A stretch of DNA of 64,000 nt, from the NCBI GenBank assembly GCA_020891255.1, contig BQFW01000004.1, forward strand, positions 310,001 through 374,000, in the 5' to 3' direction. This DNA is from Entomortierella parvispora E1425. Lineage: Eukaryota; Fungi; Mortierellomycota. How positions within the stretch are numbered: the first letter of the stretch is position 1; each line of letters begins with the position of its first letter. The notes beneath the pieces were generated by a model. It worked only from the letters and a program-made list of their open reading frames with translations. It was not told where the DNA came from and made no database searches. A program made the translations under genes and the position numbers. Positions 55,974-64,000 of the stretch are shown in pieces.

Positions 55974-58769
55974 ATGATCTCAGCTGCAGTAGTACCATCA
56001 CCGTCGCCACCACCCCAGGACGAGCTCCGTCTCTTGGTGGTCTCGAACCGACTGCCAGTGACCATCACCAAGGATGCCTCAGGCAACTACCAATACGCCA
56101 TGAGTGCAGGAGGCTTGGTCTCTGCTCTCTCTGGTCTCAAGCGCATGATGAAGTTTACCTGGATTGGATGGCCCGGTATCAACATTGTTGAGCAAGATCG
56201 TGCCCTTGTTCAAAAAGAACTCATGGAGAAATACTCTTGTCTACCCGTTTTCATCGATGACGAGATTGCGGACATGCATTACAACGGATTCTCAAACAGG
56301 TAACTTTTCCCCCCACCTTGGCCTTGACAGCCTTACAGACCCTGTGGAAGAAAATTATCGGAGAGTATTTGAACCTGACTCCCACACTGAGTGCTTGTCG
56401 TTGAAATAGTATCCTCTGGCCCTTGTTCCATTACCATCCCGGCGAGATTTCGTTCAACGAGGAAGACTGGGGAGCTTATCAGCAAGCGAACTCACTCTTT
56501 GCCAAAGCCATCTCAGAAATTGTCAGAGACGGTGATCTTGTATGGGTACAAGATTATCATTTGATGTTGTTACCCAAGCTCTTGAGGGAGGAAATTAGCG
56601 TCGACAGAGCCGAAGAACCAGCACGCAACATCAAAATTGGTTTCTTTTTGCACACGCCTTTCCCGAGTAGTGAGGTTTACAGGTAAGCAAAACGGAAAGA
56701 GGACATGCCAATCGACAAGTATGATTGATCCCGTCGGACACTCGCTTGAAAACTAATCGCTGGACGATGTACCCCATTCAAAACCCACAGAATCCTTCCC
56801 GTCCGCAAAGAGATTCTGCTTGGTGTTCTGCACTCAGACTTGATTGGCTTCCACACGTACGACTATGCACGTCACTTTTTGTCGTCATGCACCCGTATTC
56901 TCGGTCTCTCGACTATGCCCAATGGGGTGGACTTTGAGGGCCGATATGCTCACGTTGGAACGTTCCCTATCGGTATCGATCCTGAAAAGTTTGCAGAGGG
57001 TCTCAAGAATCCTTCCGTCATTGAGCGAATTCGCTCCCTGCGCGAAAAGTTCAAGGGGGTCAAGTTGATTGTTGGGGTGGATCGTCTGGATTACATCAAG
57101 GGGGTCCCCCAGAAGATGCATGCCCTTGAAGTCTTCTTATCGGAACACCCAGAATGGATCGGGAAGGTTGTCCTGGTCCAGGTAGCGGTCCCATCTCGGC
57201 AGGATGTGGAGGAATACCAAAGTTTGAGAGCCGTGGTGAACGAGCTGGTGGGCAGGATCAATGGAATGTATGGCACGATCGAGTTCCAACCGATTCACTT
57301 CATGCACAAGTCAGTCAACTTTGAAGAGCTGGTGGCACTGTACGCAGTCTCGGATGTGTGCCTGATCTCGAGTACGCGCGACGGTATGAACCTGGTCAGT
57401 TATGAGTACATTTGCTGTCAGCAAGAAAACCACGGTGTCATGATCCTCAGTGAGTTTGCAGGCGCTGCTCAAAGTTTGAATGGTAAGGCACGGGGAACCA
57501 AAAAAAATCGCCCCTGGAGGCCATTCTGCGTTAGACCCTATCGCATGTGATCCTCGAAAGCATGTGTTCACACAGCCGTCTTTCTCCTTATCAACGTAGG
57601 ATCGATCATTGTCAACCCATGGAATACAGGCGAGCTGGCCGATGCCATTCATGAGGCAGTGACGATGCCAGAGGATACTCGAAAGAGCAATCACCAAAAG
57701 CTCTTCCGATATGTCAACAAGTACACAGCAGCCTACTGGGGATTGAGCTTTGTGAACGAGCTTCGTAGGGTATCTGAAGAACTGGATCATCGTCGAGCTC
57801 TGCCAAAGCTGACTCTTGACCGAGCATTGGAAGCGCGACGAGAGTCTACAAAGTGCAAGGTCATCTTCTTTGACTATGATGGTACCCTGACAGCCTCACA
57901 CAAGCATCCAGAGTTTGGTAAGATTTCCTCTGCTTTTTGAAGATAGGATCTCAAAAGTATGTGGTGGTACTCGTTGATCCTAACATGCCTGTCTACCTGT
58001 AGCCAATCCCGCAAGCCAAACCATCAAGTACTTGAAATCCCTGGGAGCTCAGCCTGACACATTTGTATATATCCTCTCCGGTCGTGACAGAGTACACTTG
58101 GATTCATGGTTTGCAGGTTGCAACGTCGGACTGTCTGCAGAGCATGGCTGCTTTTACAAACACCCCGAGAGCGCTGCAAAGGCGATCAGGCATGGTTCAG
58201 ATGGTGCCATTGCGCAGGATCCCACCATGATCGTCAAGGATGCCGGCAATGGCTGGTTTAGATCGGTCGATCAGGTCGATGCAGACTGGCGTGAGACTAT
58301 TCGACCACTGTTCAAACACTACACTGAGCGCACTCCCGGAAGTTTTATTGAGGAGAAGGAAATCAACATGACCTGGCACTACCGCGAGGCTGATCCTGAG
58401 TTTGGTACTTGGCAAGCCACAGAGTTGCAGGTCAATCTCGAGAAGCTTTTGGCTCATATGGCTCTCTCCATCATCCTCGGAAACAAGACATTGGAGCTCC
58501 GACCCAGTAGTATCGACAAGTCGACGAGCGTGAAGGCGATCCTGAAGGACCTGCAGGCCGACATCGGACCAGTTGACTTTATTCTCTGCGTTGGCGACGG
58601 CAAGACGGATGAGGCAGTGTTCTCCTGCCTTGGAAACGAGTCCGTTGTGGGACCAGACGCCAAGGATGCCATCACTTGCACGGTTGGCCAGAAACAGACT
58701 GAGGCAAAGTTCTATCTCACGGATGTGCGCGAGGTCGAGTCGCTTCTTGCGGGTCTGTCCATCGCCTAA
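55974..58769 (+). CDS. TPS1: Trehalose-6-phosphate synthase fused to a phosphatase domain; join(55974..56299,56410..56682,56791..57482,57600..57917,58003..58769), 791 aa
   Basis: GT20 motifs VVSNRLP, GGLVSAL, WIGWPG, YNGFSNSILWPLFHY, QDYHL, GVDRLDYIKG, RDGMNLVSYE. HAD motifs FFDYDGTL, LSGRD, GNKTLELRP, CVGDGKTDE. The 2376-nt spliced length is in frame. Confidence 0.95.
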
Positions 58770-58867
58770 ATTGGCACGGAAGATCGCCACCAATCTCAGT
58801 CACGTGAAGCATATTTCCTGTGAATAAAGGCGTCGCGCTTTTTCCTGTTGTATCTTCACCGTTCTCA

Positions 58868-60729
58868 ATGTCAACTCTGGATCAATCGCCTTCCTCCTCC
58901 GAGAGGATCAAGTACCATGCCGAATACCATTCAAAGATCAATGCCATCACTTTGTCTGTCCAAGTACCCTCATCAGGACTCAGCTGCAGGATTGGACCCG
59001 AAGCAGTTGATCTCATTCCAAATCCACAGGCTGAGAATCCGCCCATCCATGTTACGCTTCCAGCAATGATCATGCCCACCCGAACCACTCTGGATCCCTC
59101 TTCAGGAAAGTCATCGATGCTAACGCTCAAGCTGGCAGCTATGCCTTCGATGCAATCACTGTCCTTGTCGTCGACCATGGCGGGCGAGTTCCCAACAGCG
59201 CCTTTACCGGCTTCTCAACTCCAGGGGCTCCAAAACCTTGGCTGCGGATGTTGCGGGAACCCGCTGCTTTTGAAGAATGCGGCGAGCAGTGAAGCTCCTA
59301 GTCGTGTTGATATCGGCGAGGCGAATGAAACCAGTACCACAGCTCCTAACGTCGTTCAGGAAGGACCAATCCATAGAGTGGTCGATTTGCCATCTGAACA
59401 TTGGCAGGAACTCGTGGATTGCTGGATGTGTCACGAAGAAGACTTTACAGAGTTGAGGGAAGGTGATCTTGGCGCAAGGTTGGGACAAGCACTTGTGGGA
59501 GGCACGTATTTGTTGATTCATTCTGGGAATGTGGACCATGACGCGGTGGCAATTGAAGAGGATGCTCGGACAATAGATGTAAGTTGTTGTTTCTCTTTTG
59601 ATTTTACATGTGCTCTCCAACTGCCACCAAAAACCACGGACTATTAGAAGGCCGGTATCTCGAGTTACTGATTTCCGCTGCCGATACTCCAGTCCAACAT
59701 TAATTCACAAAAAGATGGAGAAACGAAATGAGGGCCTTGCCTTCCTTTTGTTTCCAGTCTTTGCAGACTTGCCAAATCGTACTGAACTATCATTGTTCAT
59801 ATGAGCTATCTTGCGCTGCATATTCCTTCCATACACCCTACCCTTCTTTGTTGTTCTTAGGAAACGCTTGGAACGCTCTCGATATTAATGACAACATCTG
59901 TTATTTCGATAGTGGACTAGAGGTGTAAAGAGGAGATGGAGGCCGTTGTCATGCTCAAGATGTCTCTCTCCTGTTGGAGATGGGTGGTATCAGTCAAGGA
60001 AAGAAGACGGGACTGATCTGGAAATGATACAAGTGAAATTTCACAAGTACATGGTTGACTATCATGGATACAACACAACGTCAAAACAGGAGTTGAAGGT
60101 GCCAAGACAGAGATTCGCGAGTTTTGTCGCGGCAGAGATTTTTGAATCTGCCCGACATCATGCAACATATCGGTTTATCATTCAGGACCGTTTGACAGGC
60201 CGCGACTTGATGATGGTAATTTTCCTTCGAGGTCCTTGCATCTTCACTCTTTCGTACAGAACAATTATCTGACTCCTCACCCATTACTCTATCATAGCTC
60301 TGGATGCTCAACTGGGACTCCACCATTATTACAAATCAGGAACCTGTTCAGGACACAGCAATTTATTGGGATACTGCACTTCAGTCAGACTTTCCATGTC
60401 GGCATTCTGGACCATCTACCTCATCGCCTCTTCCAGAGCGGACCCGCGCAGTGGGCCGCAAAGTCATGAAGGTACTGTATCTGAAAGCAATCCCAGAAGA
60501 GGACCAAAAGGCATTGGATCCAGAGAGGGATCTCACCCAAGAAGAGGCACTGTGGAATCGGTGGCGTGGTGATCCAGGCGTGGAGAGACTAGAGTTTCAA
60601 GAGAGACTGGTACTGGGATTGCTTACAATGCTGGACCAGAGTTCTAGCTGTCTTCCTCCAGACTTGAACGGCGCAGCCTCGGCTGTCCTGGCCATGGAGG
60701 GGATGCGAGTTGGGTCGTTTGAAATTTAA
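58868..60729 (+). CDS. UBE3D / Ipa1-like HECT-like ubiquitin ligase (E2-binding); exons 58868-59578, 59913-60215, 60298-60729
   Basis: CGCCG, LPSEHWQELVDCWMCH, CSRC and KFHKY motifs. Phase-0 GT-AG introns. Confidence 0.8.
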
Positions 60730-60786
60730 AAATAATAAAAACAATATCCCGAGAACGTTCCAGTATCACGACCATCGTCGTCATCG

Positions 60787-61077
60787 TCAGACACTTTTTG
60801 GCGTGGGCTTTTTGAAGATATTCGTCAGCCAGAGGGGATCTGCGTCTTTGCAGGCTCGGATGATGGCAAGGTCCAGGTGGCCGTCTTTGATCAACTCTTG
60901 AATACGGAGAAGGTTCCGTTCGTGTCGGTGGATCGATATTCCATCCCGGATGTTGTAGCGCAGTTTCCGTCTGAGGTGAGCCATCTCTGGCGCCAAAGCT
61001 TCAACGCGTGTAGCCTTGAGGGCCTCGCGGTAAAAGCGAATGGTGGGCAGATGGGGGATCGTGGTGATGAGAGGCAT
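60787..61077 (-). CDS. Small LYR-motif (Complex1_LYR-like) mitochondrial-type protein, 96 aa
   Basis: IRFYREALKA...KLRYNIRDGISIHRHE...IQELIKDG pattern. ATG at 61077. Confidence 0.7.
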   Translation of the reverse strand: MPLITTIPHLPTIRFYREALKATRVEALAPEMAHLRRKLRYNIRDGISIHRHERNLLRIQELIKDGHLDLAIIRACKDADPLWLTNIFKKPTPKSV

Positions 61078-61309
61078 GGTGCGCGTGAGACAGAAAAGGA
61101 AGAGGGAAGTTGGTGGCGAAAAGTCTAAAAAAAAAAAAAGTGACGTCACCCTTTTTTTTTTTCCCCAGTGGGGACAGGGCACAGAACCAGACCAGCGAGG
61201 AAGAGGCAAAAAAAAAAGAAGGGAAAAAAATCAAAGTCCCTCCCAATCAAGACGGCAGCGAACATTCTGCATCACTCGTTCTTCAAGACACACACTTCCA
61301 TTCGCAACC

Positions 61310-63934
61310 ATGGATCCCAAGAAGAAGACGGTCGGATTCGCGCCCGACGTATGTGCCCTTCTACTGACTTACCTGGCGTAGTCCACTTTGTTGCTCCAGA
61401 CAACACAACCATCGGATCATGGACATCAGGATGTCGTTCTTTTTGGCTCATATTTATTTATTTTTTTTCGCACGAGCGAGTCGATGTGACTCAGCGCACA
61501 TACACCATGCGGATATATGCGTGGGCTTTTTTGTGACAGAGCGAGACATGGACTGCCTGAACATGGCTCCGGAAACGACTAAACGAGTCAAACAGCGCGT
61601 TTCTGTGGCTCTCGAAAGTGGAGACTCGGGATGACCCCTACAGACTCACCATGCTGGGATGACTCTTTTTGCAGGACGAGGAGCAAAGACCCTTCTGTTT
61701 ATTCTTTTTTTGATCTCTTCTCCCGGACATCTGGAAGCTCACTCTCTTCCTTTCTCTTCTTTTTTATGTTTTTTTTTCCTTTCTAGAATGACGCCAGCTC
61801 AGACATTCCTTCGCCAGGATCCAGCAACAACTCGAGTGCAGCCACCTCTCCCGTCTCTGCCTTCAGCAATACCCCCGATCTCGACCATAACAGCAATAGC
61901 AACAGTAGATCAGTAGGGTCATCCTCTTCATCCACTGCACCTAAATCCATCAAATCCTCAGGAGCTCGTTCATCCTACGAACCCATGAAGTCATCTTACG
62001 AGGAGCAATGGGGTTTGGCCGATCGTGTCTCTCAAAAGGCCCACAAGATGGCCTCGCCTCGCGAGGGCGGTCAGTTCCCCAAGGAAGGAGGCAAGAAGGA
62101 GGGCAAGCAAGGAGGTAAAACCTCAGGGTTGGGCATTCAAGCTAGCGGATCCGTCACATCAGGGGGAAGCGATGGACCCCATTCAGCAGGACCCAACTCT
62201 GCTGGATCCCAGAGCGGCGCTGCTGCTGCTGGTCAGAAGGGAGGAGCCCAAAAGCCCCCAACCGCTCCCTCTCAAAAATCCATGACCAAGGCAGAGCGTC
62301 GTGAACTTCAGGAGAAACAAAAGGCAGAGAAGGCAGCTCGTTTGGCCTCAGGATTGCCTGCCTCAGGGAAGAAGGCGGCTCAGGTTCTTGCTCAGCCCAA
62401 CTCTGGATTCTCCCCTAACCCTTCGAAATCCTTGGCGACTTCGTTCCCTGGAGCCGAGGCCGAAAAGGCCATGGCTGGAGGCGGTGAATCAACTAACCAA
62501 ACCAAGAGACGTGAAAAATTGACCAAGGAGATTGGATTGTTTGCTCATTTGGATCCTCCAAAGTTTGCCAACACTGCTTCGGCTCCCAAGGATCTCCATC
62601 CCGCTGTTGTGAATGTTGGATTGCAGATGGCTCAGTTCAAGATTTGTGGAGCAAACGCTCGCTGCGTTGCCACCATGAGCGCCTTCCGCAAGGTATGGAC
62701 TTTTATGAAGAAAGGCGACACACCTCTGATGCAACAGGTTGGCTGACATGATGACACTGTATTTCTATGAAAATAGGCCATTCAAGATTACCAGACACCA
62801 CCCAACACGACTCTTTCTCGCCACATGCAGACGTACTTGAACCCCCATATCAGCTACTTGGTGACATGCAGACCCATGGCTGTCAGTATGGGTAATGCCA
62901 TTCGATACCTCAAGTACGAGATTGGAAAGAACCTGGATTTGCCTGATGAGGATGTAAGATATTTTATTTTCTGGCGCTTCAGCTGAATCGATGGCGGCGG
63001 CCTTGTTTTGTTGTTTTGATGTCTTTTTTCCATCCGAGGCAATCCTTCTAACCTTTGCCATTTCTATCATTTCAGGCCCGTGCTTTGTTCTTGGAGAAGA
63101 TCGACAACTTTATTCGTGACAGAATTACGATGGCAGATCAGGTTATTACCAGCTTGGGATTGCAAAAGATTCAGGATGGTGATGTGATCTTGACCTATGC
63201 TCGCTCCTCAGTCGTGCAAGGGTTGCTTTTGGCCGCCCATGCCAAGGGTATCAAGTTCAAGGTCATTGTTGTTGACTCCCGCCCCCGTTTCGAAGGCAAG
63301 TTTGAAGTACCCTTTGATATTCAATTATATCTGGATAAATATAATCGCTCTGAATTACTAACCCCTCTTCCACTTTTGACCTTTTCGTATAATAGGAAAG
63401 CAACTTCTTCGTGCATTAGCCACAGCTGGAGTGCCTTGCACCTATGTTTTGTTGACGGCCATTGGACATGTGATGCGTGAGGTCAACAAGGTCATCTTGG
63501 GCGCTCACTCGTTGTTGTCGAACGGAGCTCTTTACTCTCGTGCCGGTACAGCTGTGGTGGCTATGTCTGCCCATGAGCGCAAGATTCCCGTGATTGTCTG
63601 CTGTGAGACCTACAAGTTCAGTGACCGTGTCCAGCTGGACAGTTTTGTGCAGAACGAGATTGGAAACCCAGATGAGCTTGTCAACGACGCCAACAACAAC
63701 TTTGGTCATAGCAGTACCCGCTGGCAGGAGAGCGTTCGCGGGGGGTTGTCGTCTACGACCAACGGAGCTACGGGTGCCGCTGGTGTGTTGAGCGGGTGGA
63801 AGGAGTCAAGAGATCTGAAGTTGTTGAACTTGCTCTACGATTTGACACCCAGTGAGTTTGTCACAGTGGTCATTACCGAAGTAGGATTGATCCCTTGCAC
63901 CTCCGTGCCCGTTATTCTCAGAGAGTTCCTGTAA
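61310..63934 (+). CDS. GCD2: Translation initiation factor eIF2B delta subunit; join(61310..61348,61787..62692,62777..62953,63076..63295,63396..63934), 626 aa
   Basis: KAERRELQEKQKA, LFAHL, ICGANARCVATM, CRPMAVSMGNAIRYLK, ILTYARSSVV, VDSRPRFEG, CETYKFSDRVQLDS, LLYDLTP...TEVGLIPCTSVPVILRE. The 1881-nt spliced length is in frame. Confidence 0.95.
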
Positions 63935-64000
63935 GTTTTTTTGAGATCCGAATCCGATGGGAAAGAACTATGAGTATGTCCCTTTGTACATTGTTGACTG

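Noticed and set aside
61365-61530. U1 snRNA gene
   Set aside because: Only the first 10 nt match. No stem-loop I/II or Sm-site continuation is visible.

Overview
Eukaryotic, intron-containing fungal DNA. Gene content, codon usage, 75-140 nt GT-AG introns and the expanded F-box/RNI family point to an early-diverging fungus, most likely Mortierellaceae (inference). The left part (1-37.4 kb) holds five minus-strand paralogues of a secreted rhizopuspepsin-like aspartic protease. The array also contains an OPT-family oligopeptide transporter and a small LRR orphan. It is split by a ~17 kb accessory island (17-34 kb) with two F-box/RNI genes, a decayed third copy, a C2H2 zinc-finger gene, spliced pseudogene remnants sharing a hairpin repeat, and a small secreted protein resembling actinobacterial peptidase-inhibitor I36 (beta/gamma-crystallin-like) proteins, a candidate bacteria-to-fungus transfer. 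The right part (39-64 kb) is mostly compact housekeeping DNA: RAD1, PNS1/CTL, tandem CCCH protein, CDC1/MPPE1, a single-TM protein, fused TPS-TPP, UBE3D/Ipa1-like, an LYR protein and eIF2B-delta. No rRNA, tRNA, CRISPR array or intact transposon was recognised. Family assignments come from motif recognition by eye, not database searches.
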